Part shown: piece by piece, positions 36,764 through 47,600 of the stretch
How the letters are laid out: the number at the start of each line of letters is the position of its first letter
Numbering within the stretch: position 1 is the first letter of the stretch
Virus record (IMG/VR): IMGVR_UViG_3300042527_000802
Span: 53,481-117,480 of that record
DNA length: 64,000 nt
DNA from: a virus
Reading direction: 5' to 3' (one strand)
Program-made: the position numbers and the translations under genes
The notes under the pieces: generated by a model
Databases searched by the model: none
Seen by the model: only the letters and a program-made list of their open reading frames with translations
What the model was told of the DNA's origin: nothing

Positions 36764-37084
36764 ATGAAAGTTTTATACAGAGCTAATGACAAACTGACTT
36801 TTGAACTAGAGGGTGCTGGACAAAAAGAGGTCTTTAAAGAATTGGCACTAATTCAAGAAATTTTTTCTGAAGAAAAGTGCGGTCTTTGCGGCAGCACCAA
36901 CATTAAGTTTGTTGTTAGAAATGTTGATGGTAATGACTACTATGAACTAAGATGCTCAGAATGTGGAGCAGTTTTAGCATTTGGTCAGCACAAAAAGGGT
37001 GGTACTTTGTTTCCAAAGCGCAAAGATGACGATGGAAACTATCTCCCAAATAAGGGCTGGCATAAATATCAGAAGAAAGACTAA
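36764..37084 (+). CDS. Zinc-ribbon protein
   Basis: CGLCG...RCSECG. Confidence 0.7.
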   Translation: MKVLYRANDKLTFELEGAGQKEVFKELALIQEIFSEEKCGLCGSTNIKFVVRNVDGNDYYELRCSECGAVLAFGQHKKGGTLFPKRKDDDGNYLPNKGWHKYQKKD

Positions 37085-37488
37085 TTGTCTGATTCTGTCC
37101 ATAATCCCATCGGACAACTCTCTGTCTTTATAGCTATTTTATTTAAATAGTTTCTATCTCGAATGATAGCGCAGCCACATTGGCTGCAGCTATTATTCTG
37201 ATAGTATTCACAACTATTACAAATATTATGTCTTTTTTCTATTGTAGATAAAGAACATAGATTATTATCTTCTATTGCAGCGTTTGCGAACGCGTGTATA
37301 TTTATCGGAATATTATTTCCTATCAACGGACTTCGACAGGGTAGTTTAGGTATTTCGTTTATATTATCTGTTATCTTTATTTTATTTCCACATTTAGAAC
37401 ATTCAAACCAATCTCCTATAGATATGAAACTACAAAATATATCATCAAAACTATCAATTGTAATCGTACGGGATCCAGTATGTTTCAT
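37081..37488 (-). CDS. Cys-rich small protein (DUF6171-like pattern)
   Basis: RHNICNSCE...CSQCGC...K...ESCPMGLW. Confidence 0.65.
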   Translation of the reverse strand: MKHTGSRTITIDSFDDIFCSFISIGDWFECSKCGNKIKITDNINEIPKLPCRSPLIGNNIPINIHAFANAAIEDNNLCSLSTIEKRHNICNSCEYYQNNSCSQCGCAIIRDRNYLNKIAIKTESCPMGLWTESDN

Positions 37489-40400
37489 CTTTTGACTCCG
37501 AGTTCATAACCCCCTTATGTTCTATTGCATCAACACTACCAAAATGAGCCCTGAATAACATTTCATTCAACCATTTATAATATAATGGCGGCTCAACATA
37601 TGCACCAGATTCAATGTCTAAGCACTTCCAAACCTTAAATGTACTGTCAATAGGACCACCAGGAGAAGGTATAATACTCTTAGATAGTTGTCCTCTGTCG
37701 TTAGGTTCATATATATCATATTGGGTATCTTTATTCTTGATCATTCGTGGTATTCTTTTAAAATCTACTTTTAATCTATTAATATCATCTAAATTAAATA
37801 TATTATAAACTTTATTTTGTACAGTTGTTGTGAATGGTCTTTCAACATTAATATCAATAACTGGTAATATATACTCATATGTCGCTTTAACTAGCTGGGC
37901 TTTCTCGATTCCTGCAAAATTTAAAAAGAACTCTCTCTGCACAAATTCTCCAATCGCATCATTATCTGGCCACTTTAGTTTAGGATACTTAGCTTTCGCC
38001 TCATTAATATTTTTATCACTTAAAGTATATGTAGTATTCCACATACGAGCTTGAACCTTTTCATCAATTCCATCAATTTCGTTCGTTCCTCCATATGCGG
38101 CATTTGGAACGCATATTTGATCTGCCAAATCTGTTACTTTATCATTGAATGGTATGCATACAAAAGTTACGCTTTTTAATATTTTAGTTGTTTTATCTTT
38201 ATCTATTGAGCACGATTGATCGGGATCTATATTAATCCAATAATAATCATTATGATGATTTTCTTCAAATCTCATTTGTTTAGTTTCTGGATCAACAATT
38301 ACTCTAACAGAAATATGCGGGTAGTCTGATACACTAGATACTCTATCTCTATAAAATATTATTTCTTCTTTTTCTTTATATAGAATTGCTAGCTTCTTAA
38401 GATCTTTCTCTGACTCTATTTCTTTGTCAATAGTTTTTATTCTGTTTTTTAAATCATCAATTGTAGATGGAGTATCTATCTTATAAATTAAATTTGTACT
38501 AATATCTTTTTTAAATATAAGCGTTCCATCAAGGCCATTAGAAATATCAGTATCAACTTCTATTAAATTTCCATGTTCATTATGACGCGTAACAACGCTA
38601 TTGTATAATCTATCAAATGCTTCTAGGATTTGAGTTCTATAATTTTCACTTATATCTCCATTTCCATTTGGTATCATATTTATAATATTATTAATATTAT
38701 ACTGTGAAGATATTATATTTTCTATACTATATTGAAATCCTAAAGATTTTGTTGATCCTTCAATCAAACTATTATCATCTGATGATTTATACTTAAAAGA
38801 CTGTGACACAAAATACGAATTTTTATTTGTATTAATAATATCCGATATATCTCTCAACTGATTATTGATTTCTTGACTACTTATTTTATATGGCCTAACT
38901 AAATTTGATCCGTATCCATAATTACCAACACCCCATGAAACAGTTTTATCTACTGGTGTTGATAAATTATATTTTGTATGGTCTGCATTTGACCATAAAT
39001 CAAATGGTATAGAGTCATCCTTATGAAATCCTGTAAAATTATTTCTAGTGATAAGAATGCGTTTTGATACTTCTGGTTCTATAGAAATGTCTGTGCCCAA
39101 CAATTCCTTATCAAAAATTAAAATTGTCTTATGATCATTATTAATCGCTACATATCCTTGGCCTATGATTCTGTTAGTGTACTTATTGTATGTTAGATCC
39201 CATATTTCATTTTGTATTCTAGTAATTTCATATATATCTGTCGCTTGTGCTAAATTAGATTGTAATTCTTCTAGTTTCTCTTGATCTATATCGTTTTGAT
39301 CTTTTTTACTAAATGATACTATGTTCTTATGTTCTGAATTATTAAAAAAATGATAAGCTCTTATATCATTAATTATTGCAATTTTTTTGGTATTAATTAG
39401 CGTCTCTAAATCCACATCTAAGTTTATATTATCGTTTGTATTTAATGATGAGGTCAAACTAAACAAATCATTGTATTGTAAAATATTTTTGCTTAAACAT
39501 AGATCTTTTATATAGTATATCTTAGTTAAGGATTTTACAAAACTATTATCAGTATTTCTTTTTGTAGTGTCGAGCGATAACACATACATACCATTAAGGT
39601 TTTCATCTGATTGCTCAGACAGTTCAATTATATCGCCATCTTCCAATTCGTAACCAATATTGTTTAAAGTATTTAATATATTTGTTAATTGTTTATTTTT
39701 ATCTGATAATTCCTTTGATAATTCTTCTGATGGGTTTTCTTTTAATTGATCTTCTATTTGTTTTATTTCTTGTTTTATTTTTTTAGCATCATCAATAAGA
39801 TGTTGTTTCGTTGGTATATTTTCGAATTCCTTGCCAATGTCTATACTTATTTTTCTTATATGATTCTGAAAACAGCTTCTAATAAAATTGTCTGTGTCTG
39901 ATGGTATTAATGACTTAAATATTGATAAGGATCTTAATAAGCTCTTGTAATGTAATTTAAAAAATTTATATTCATTATTTTTTACAGTTAGTGAGTTGTT
40001 ATATTTGAATATCGATGCCTCTAATTTATACCAAGTTTGTCCTTGATCTTTGCTTACGCTGATGAGAGATTTGTCTGAATATCCAAATGGATATCTGTCA
40101 TATTTAGGTACAAACCAAGACCTATTGAATAATTCTTTTTGTTCTCCTCTTCTAAAAGATCCCAAATAGTTTGCTATATCTTTAGCTTGTTGATTTAACT
40201 GAGAGTCTACTAAAGATAAAGATACTAATGCTCCAATTAAAGTAAATGGCATTAATGGAATAATAGGAGATATATTTAATGTTTGGGGTGGAGCAAACGA
40301 TGGTATGTTAAGAGATTCTTTCGAATATGAGCATAATCTGCCATCAACAGTATACATATTAGGAGCATTTAAATTAATTGGAGGTAATAGATGTGTTTTA

Positions 40401-43400
40401 TTTTCTAAATTAGCTATGAAATTATAACCACTCATTACTGGCTTATCATTATAATAATCTATATTATTTAAACTATTTTTACCGTATGTTTCTAAGCCAT
40501 CTGCTTTATGTAATAGTAACTCCCAGCTACATAAACTATTATCTATTAAATTAGATTTATTTTTAATTTTTGATCCAATAAATCCTAATGACGCATCAGT
40601 TGTTCGTAGTCGATCAAAAGGCTCCAGCGACTCTGTTTCACCAACTACCGCTATACACAAAGTAAAAGAGGTTGAACTACTATTAGAAATAGACTCTGGA
40701 CCAGGTGTGGGATCATAAAGAGGCATACTCTTAAATTTAGAAAATCTATGGCTAGAATTATATAAATTATTATTTAAAATAATATTTTTGTATCTATAAA
40801 TTTCTGTATCCGAAAAATTACTAGCAGATAATGTTGGAGATAATAGTATTTGACCATTAACAGATGGAGATACATTATTATTTCTAAATCTATGTATTCC
40901 ATAGGGAATAAATAAACTTGATGTATTTATAATGTTATGGTTATGAGCCACATAGTATTTGTCACAATAATCTGTAAATAAAATATTATTATTAATATGA
41001 AAATTATGTATATGGTCTTGATTTAATAAATATAGATAATATTTATTTTTTCTTTTTTGTAATATAGTATTTCTGTCTTCATTAGAACCTGGTTGTTTTG
41101 TCAAATCAGGAATATAATTATCTACAAAATCATTGTCATTCATATCCCATAATCTATACATAAAATTCTGAACATCGGTATTTTTAATTTGTATTATTTT
41201 TTTATATTGTTCGGTATATGTTTCTGTATTAAAATACCATGGATCGCTTAAATTTATAGTGACTCCTCCCTCTTCTTTAGGTCCGCTAGGTGGACTTAAA
41301 GAACTAGCTATTTTATCACAAGCATCAATCTCTATCCATACTATTAATTCTTTAGGATTTGTATAATTAAGATGATTTAATTTAATCTCAATATTATAGG
41401 CCGATCCACCAATACCTCCTTGACCCATTGAATAAGTGGCATTATATTCTATTAAAGATAATCCATCATTACAGTATTCTTCAGATGATACAGGACTGTC
41501 CGATTCAATAGCAAAATCAGATATATATGTGTCATTATATTGTAACATTTTTATAGAAGTATCTGTGCTTGCTGCTCTATATCCATAATGTGCAATCTGA
41601 TCGTCTACTCCAAATGTTATTCCTTTTGGTAGCTTTCTAACTTTTAAAAACTCAGGATCAGTCTGCAAAGTAATAGTACTCTTATATATTACTGGTTTAG
41701 AGTCCAAAAAATTATTTTTTAAATCATAAATACCCAAACCTTTAAAAGATTGTATATTAGTATTTTGTTTAAAATTAGTAACAGATGTTTTATTATGAAA
41801 ATCAGGATTCTCATATGTACTCAACCAACCAGAAAAAGGATGAAAATAACCCTTACTAAATTCTATACTGGCGTCATACGAGTGATGAGTATCATGGCAG
41901 ATATGAGCTATGGCTTTGCCTAATGCAGCGTTTTCACTATCTATAGTTGGCGTGTTTAATAGTTCTTCAGTTAATTCCAATTTATCAAGTAGTTTTTCTG
42001 GTTCTGGGTGAAATGGTATATCCAATTTAAGATTAGCTATTTCATTTTTACTAAATCCACCATAGGCTTTGATTCTAGCAGCTTTTGTTGATAATGAAAC
42101 TGGTGCGGATACATCCTTGATGGTATCTGTTGGTATATCATAAAAAGAAAAACTATATCCAGCGTCTAATATAAAGCCATTATTATCTGGAATACTTCTA
42201 TATATACTTTCACATTGTGAGCAATCATCATTATTATCCATTATATATGATAAAATTAATCTAGAAATTTCTACTATAGTATCCTGACATTTGTATCTGA
42301 TAGATAAATCAGCGTCTGTTTCTTCAACAACCTTATTGCCTTTATCGTCTACCGGCATAGGTATAGCAAATTTATGATATGACTGTCCCAACGACACAAC
42401 TATAGGTATTTTACTACCTCCGGGTTGTGGTAAATTATTTATATTTTCTGCTATTTCTTTAGCCTGTGGTATTTTGACACTACAATCACTATAGCACGGC
42501 CAGAAAACTCCTTGTTTACCAAATACACATTCTCGTATACTTGGTATCATAATAATTAGATTATCCTGCGGACTTAGAAATTTTGTTTCTGCTACTAATA
42601 ACGGTTCGGTCCTTTTATATACATTATTCTCGGTAACATGTATAGTAACTATATCATATTTTAAACTAAATGATGTTTTAGCCATCATTTGTAATACATA
42701 CTTACCTGGTCTTTTAATATACAATGTAGGACTATAATCATACGATGTTGGATATCTTGATGTAGTATCTGTAGGAGATAGTTTTCTATTACTAAATCTT
42801 AAGCAGTCTGGTCCAGATATTCTTGTCCATTCAATTTCTGGTTGATCTTCTATAATTACTTCTACGTTAAAATTATCTCCAAGAGTTACATTAGCATCAG
42901 ATAGCTCATACTCTATTTCTCTATATTTAATACCTATAACTTGATTGTTTTCGTCTAAAATATTGACTGTTCTGTTTTTAATTTTAGGATCTAAAAAGTC
43001 AATCTCTACATCTTTTCCGGCGGTAAATGAAATTCTCTGATCTGTTAAATTCTTTTTTTGTATATCCCAAAGAGGAATTGTTACTTGTTGTCCGGGAATA
43101 GTTTGATTGCTTAATACTAATTCTGTATTTTTATCGCCAATTTTTGATTCTACTTGGAATTTACCTACTTGAAATTTTACATTGTTATAGACTAATTTAT
43201 TATTGGCTTCTAGCGTACACCTACTTATTGCATCATGGTTTATTTTAACATGAGGGCCGTACTTTAGTTTATTTTTATATGTTATATATGCTGAATCCCC
43301 GAATAATACTAGTTTAGAACCATATTTAAATAATAACCTATAGAATAAATCTTTTTTGCTCGTAACTAATCCATTTTGACCACTAGATCCATTATTGTGT

Positions 43401-44698
43401 TTGTCAATACTAATCATTGAAGTTAATCTCTGACTAATCTCTAAAACAAACATAAAGATTGCTTGTTGTTCTGCTTCTGGTGACGCAATTTTTCGAGGAA
43501 GTCGTTTACCTCCTTCAGCATCATATACGCTAAATGTTAATAAATTTTGCAATTCTAATATTGTACTACGATCATTATATAATATCTTTTCTAATAAACC
43601 CACAGTAGTACGATCCATATAGGGCATTGTTGATAGTATATGAGCTATCTTTTTAATTATTCTAGATTCTTTTAGAGGCAATAATGGTTTTGGTATTCTT
43701 TCTACGGTTTCGCCATTTTCTGTGACAATTTTTACTTTATCTATGCGTTTTTTATACTTAAAAATATCTGGCCCATCAGGAAGACCCAATGTTAATAGAT
43801 GATATATTTCTCTATATACTGGATGTAATACTGGTGATAAATATGATTTTGAAATTATATCATTTTTATATTGTTCTGATGCTAATTCTTCTGATTCTAT
43901 ATAACTATATGTGTCTCCATCTGGGATCCATATTGATAATGTTCCATCTGAAAATATATTGTTATTGCTTGAAGATTTGTATATAGAAAATTTTACATCG
44001 TCTATATTTATATTGTTGAATTTTAAATATCTACTAATGGAAAAATGTTTATTATGTACTGGTTTTATATTATTTTGATCATATGCGATTTTATCTTCTA
44101 TTATTAATAGTAGATCGTCTGTTTTTTTAATTAATTTTGTTGTTGGATTGATACTATTAATACCGTCATGATATTCTTTAATAGGCTTAACAATATCATA
44201 TGTATTAATATCTGCCATAGACTGTTTTTGAATGACAGAACTAGATTTTTTATACCAGAACATTAATCCATATTTAGGTATGAATGGCATCATTTCTGGG
44301 GTTAAAATCCAATTAACAGACATATAGGAACTTCCAGAGTCCCAATTTTGAAATTTTGGATCAAACCAAAAAGCTTTTTCTAATCCTATAGAATCTGGTA
44401 TAGAACTAGATCCTTTAAATAGCATTTTTGTTTCAATCTTACTATCTTTTACAGACACGAAACATGGAACCCATACGTCCTTTAATTCAACATTATTCCA
44501 TTTTTTATCTGTCGCTTCTATAGACGACACTATAAATTTGATCAATTCGTCCATATATACATTATATGAATCTAAAAAGGCGCCATCTTTATAATAGTCT
44601 ATTGTATCTGTTTTATTATTATATTTATATGGATATAGGTCATCTAAAAAATATTTATCATATAAGATACACTTATTTTGAGCATCCTTTTTTAGCAT
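37454..44698 (-). CDS. Very large (~2400 aa) probable virion protein with PKD-like and P-domain-like segments
   Basis: WTRISGP...KRPGKYVLQ (PKD/Ig-like); NIEIKLNHLNYTNPKELIVWI...SLCSWELLL; TGATG overlap with the upstream gene. Confidence 0.65.
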   Translation of the reverse strand: MLKKDAQNKCILYDKYFLDDLYPYKYNNKTDTIDYYKDGAFLDSYNVYMDELIKFIVSSIEATDKKWNNVELKDVWVPCFVSVKDSKIETKMLFKGSSSIPDSIGLEKAFWFDPKFQNWDSGSSYMSVNWILTPEMMPFIPKYGLMFWYKKSSSVIQKQSMADINTYDIVKPIKEYHDGINSINPTTKLIKKTDDLLLIIEDKIAYDQNNIKPVHNKHFSISRYLKFNNINIDDVKFSIYKSSSNNNIFSDGTLSIWIPDGDTYSYIESEELASEQYKNDIISKSYLSPVLHPVYREIYHLLTLGLPDGPDIFKYKKRIDKVKIVTENGETVERIPKPLLPLKESRIIKKIAHILSTMPYMDRTTVGLLEKILYNDRSTILELQNLLTFSVYDAEGGKRLPRKIASPEAEQQAIFMFVLEISQRLTSMISIDKHNNGSSGQNGLVTSKKDLFYRLLFKYGSKLVLFGDSAYITYKNKLKYGPHVKINHDAISRCTLEANNKLVYNNVKFQVGKFQVESKIGDKNTELVLSNQTIPGQQVTIPLWDIQKKNLTDQRISFTAGKDVEIDFLDPKIKNRTVNILDENNQVIGIKYREIEYELSDANVTLGDNFNVEVIIEDQPEIEWTRISGPDCLRFSNRKLSPTDTTSRYPTSYDYSPTLYIKRPGKYVLQMMAKTSFSLKYDIVTIHVTENNVYKRTEPLLVAETKFLSPQDNLIIMIPSIRECVFGKQGVFWPCYSDCSVKIPQAKEIAENINNLPQPGGSKIPIVVSLGQSYHKFAIPMPVDDKGNKVVEETDADLSIRYKCQDTIVEISRLILSYIMDNNDDCSQCESIYRSIPDNNGFILDAGYSFSFYDIPTDTIKDVSAPVSLSTKAARIKAYGGFSKNEIANLKLDIPFHPEPEKLLDKLELTEELLNTPTIDSENAALGKAIAHICHDTHHSYDASIEFSKGYFHPFSGWLSTYENPDFHNKTSVTNFKQNTNIQSFKGLGIYDLKNNFLDSKPVIYKSTITLQTDPEFLKVRKLPKGITFGVDDQIAHYGYRAASTDTSIKMLQYNDTYISDFAIESDSPVSSEEYCNDGLSLIEYNATYSMGQGGIGGSAYNIEIKLNHLNYTNPKELIVWIEIDACDKIASSLSPPSGPKEEGGVTINLSDPWYFNTETYTEQYKKIIQIKNTDVQNFMYRLWDMNDNDFVDNYIPDLTKQPGSNEDRNTILQKRKNKYYLYLLNQDHIHNFHINNNILFTDYCDKYYVAHNHNIINTSSLFIPYGIHRFRNNNVSPSVNGQILLSPTLSASNFSDTEIYRYKNIILNNNLYNSSHRFSKFKSMPLYDPTPGPESISNSSSTSFTLCIAVVGETESLEPFDRLRTTDASLGFIGSKIKNKSNLIDNSLCSWELLLHKADGLETYGKNSLNNIDYYNDKPVMSGYNFIANLENKTHLLPPINLNAPNMYTVDGRLCSYSKESLNIPSFAPPQTLNISPIIPLMPFTLIGALVSLSLVDSQLNQQAKDIANYLGSFRRGEQKELFNRSWFVPKYDRYPFGYSDKSLISVSKDQGQTWYKLEASIFKYNNSLTVKNNEYKFFKLHYKSLLRSLSIFKSLIPSDTDNFIRSCFQNHIRKISIDIGKEFENIPTKQHLIDDAKKIKQEIKQIEDQLKENPSEELSKELSDKNKQLTNILNTLNNIGYELEDGDIIELSEQSDENLNGMYVLSLDTTKRNTDNSFVKSLTKIYYIKDLCLSKNILQYNDLFSLTSSLNTNDNINLDVDLETLINTKKIAIINDIRAYHFFNNSEHKNIVSFSKKDQNDIDQEKLEELQSNLAQATDIYEITRIQNEIWDLTYNKYTNRIIGQGYVAINNDHKTILIFDKELLGTDISIEPEVSKRILITRNNFTGFHKDDSIPFDLWSNADHTKYNLSTPVDKTVSWGVGNYGYGSNLVRPYKISSQEINNQLRDISDIINTNKNSYFVSQSFKYKSSDDNSLIEGSTKSLGFQYSIENIISSQYNINNIINMIPNGNGDISENYRTQILEAFDRLYNSVVTRHNEHGNLIEVDTDISNGLDGTLIFKKDISTNLIYKIDTPSTIDDLKNRIKTIDKEIESEKDLKKLAILYKEKEEIIFYRDRVSSVSDYPHISVRVIVDPETKQMRFEENHHNDYYWINIDPDQSCSIDKDKTTKILKSVTFVCIPFNDKVTDLADQICVPNAAYGGTNEIDGIDEKVQARMWNTTYTLSDKNINEAKAKYPKLKWPDNDAIGEFVQREFFLNFAGIEKAQLVKATYEYILPVIDINVERPFTTTVQNKVYNIFNLDDINRLKVDFKRIPRMIKNKDTQYDIYEPNDRGQLSKSIIPSPGGPIDSTFKVWKCLDIESGAYVEPPLYYKWLNEMLFRAHFGSVDAIEHKGVMNSESKDETYWIPYDYN

Positions 44699-47600
44699 CA
44701 ACTAGTTCCTATTAAGATCCATGATCCATTTTCGTACATAAACATACCACGTTTTTTATCAGTTAATGTAAAATTAAATCTTGTATTATCAAAAACAATA
44801 TTTATTTTAGGAATATTATCTGCTGATTTAACACCTTGAATATAAGTTAAATCTGCAATAGCATTATTTCCTCCGAGCATAGATCCAAACACAATATATT
44901 GTTGTTTTGTAATAGGTTCATAATATCCAGTTTCCCTATCAAATCTACATAATATTTTAGCTCCTCTAGGAGCAGTATATCCACATCTATCTTTAATATA
45001 TATTAATTTTCTAGTATTTTCAGGCAATACATTTAAACTATATTCAGAATCATCCAAGAAACCTCTTGTTGGATATGTTTCATCAATACCATCAATTTTA
45101 GTCATATCTTCTTCTAATACAACATAAACTAATTTATATGGACATTTTTTACCACTATCTTTACTAGCAGTAGACAAATAAGCTGATAGAGTTTTGGTAT
45201 CATTACTTGCCGTTATTATAAATGGAGGATCTACTTCTCCACAACCTCCTTCTCCGCCAACCCAAACTTTTCTATCTCTATCCCATCTTAAATCTATCGG
45301 ACCTATTGGCCACAAGTCCGACCTTTCTGCCCAATTTAAATGAAATAAGTTCGTTGGATTTCTTTTCCAAATTCCATCTTCTTTTTTGTATCCTGATCCT
45401 ATTATATCTCCTAGTCCATAGTCTGATGTTGGAAGATATGCTCCGTCATTATCATAGTCATTGGTTCCAGACGATGTTAATCTGAATCTTAATGGTCTGC
45501 CTTCATTATCAAACGTTGCTGGTTCATCAGCTTGATTTGGCACTGGATATCCATCAGTATCAAATCCCCAACCATGTAACATCATTGGTCCACGAAATGC
45601 AAAAAATCTGTTATTTAGTAAGATTTTTTTATCTTCTTTACTAGTAAAAGATAAATCATACTTATAAAAATCTGGATTAACAAATTCTAAACTATTATAT
45701 TCCTCTCCAGCTTCTGTTAATTCTGTATTTGTATTCTTATTACCAGAATGTTGTATTAATGGTAAATTATTTGTAGTATCTAAACCAATATCTCCTATTT
45801 GATGAGAATCTTGACGCCCAACTATTCTAATATTATGTCTTGCTCTTTCTAATGGATTGATATACAATTGAGAACGAGGATTAATAAAATCGCCATATGG
45901 AACAACAATAGGATTCAATGATAAGAAATTAATATCAGGAGGAGATCCAGAATTTTCTGGACTACCAGTTGGAAAAATTAGTCTTGGCTTATTACAAACT
46001 GGACATGGATAATCAATTTCTTTTTCCTGTCCATTAAAATATCGAGAATATTTTACTATTTTAGTATTATTGCATTTAGGACACGTTACGTTATCCTCTT
46101 GTAATTCTGGAGTTATATATCTAGAAGATACTGGAAAGGTTCCTAAGTCTGTTGTTGGGAAAAATGACACAGGAGAGAAAATACCGTCTAAACTCATTGC
46201 TGCTTTGGTGCTAAAACCATATGATAGTTCAGCCAATGCTTCTCTTTCCATGAATCCGCCGATCCAAGATTTTGTTCTAGAAACATTCATATTATATAAA
46301 GATTCATCTTTTAAACTATTTCCAATAGACTCTCTTAATTTTTTATATTCTGTTGATTTTAATCCAGGATCACCACAGATAGGTAATCCAACATTAGGTA
46401 TATAATATTGAGCAGTACCTACTAAGCATTGCATTGGACTATTGCCGAATAGATCGCTTTTCCAGTCTGATTTTTGACTTGTATTTTTACCACGACTCTT
46501 TATAATTTTATCTATTTGTTGCGCAATTTTTTTATCCAAATCTCTTTGTGTTTTAGATAGTTTGCTTGCTAATTCTATTTTATTAGTAAGTATAAGTTTA
46601 TTTCTATCAGACATTTCTTTACTATACATACCAAGAGTAGGATTATATGTAGCAAATCTATAGATTGTTGAAATATTTCTATCAGAAACAGAGGTAGAAA
46701 TAGTAGATAATATTAAACCATTATAAGGATTAGCATTGCATTGTACTAAAGCATGATACTGATATCCCATAAATTTATTTGTTTTAATTTGATGAACATC
46801 AGAGTCTGTTAATTTGTATTGCAATCCTCCGCTTAAAGACATTAATGGCATTCCTGGCATACCAATTGTTCCATTCTCTAAAATCAATTGATATGAAGCC
46901 CCTGATTCTATTTGATTTATTATTTCTCTATCTAGAATAGACATTCCGCCGTAATTCCACGGAGCCCAATCATCATTTATTTTTAAATCTACATCATTAA
47001 TTAATTGTTCAATTAGCAGATTTTTATTTACAACACCAGGATATACTTTATAATTTGATAAGCTTAATAACCAAGGATAATTTGTCCATGGTCCATAACA
47101 ATTTTGATTATCTTTTAATGGAACAGCAGCGTAGAATGGGTGTGCTTTTCTTGGAGCAATAACTCTGTGTCTTTGTGTTACGTTAATCTTTTTATCTTGT
47201 AAGAAAAAGTCATCAACATTGCCAGTTGGAATAAAGTAAGTTGAAGCATCATTGGGGTTAGCCTCTGGATTTGGTTTAAGACCAATTATTCTAGATAATA
47301 ATATATTATATATATGTTCTAAAATCTTTGCGCAGGTTACTTCCTCGTCTTTATCTCTTGTTTTATGACCAGCTGGATCTTGATCTGTTATCCATAGCAT
47401 ATCTTTAGCTAAAATTCTAACAAAAGAATCCAATTGTTCTTTTTGTTGATCTGTAACAGCTTGTAGTTGCATCTTTTTTAGAATAGCATAATCTTCAGTA
47501 ACCGCATTATTAATAACAGTTAAGTTTGGATCTTCTTGATAAGACATACTAGTGAAGTATAAATCTACTCCAGGAGCATTCATTATAGCCCTAGGACATA

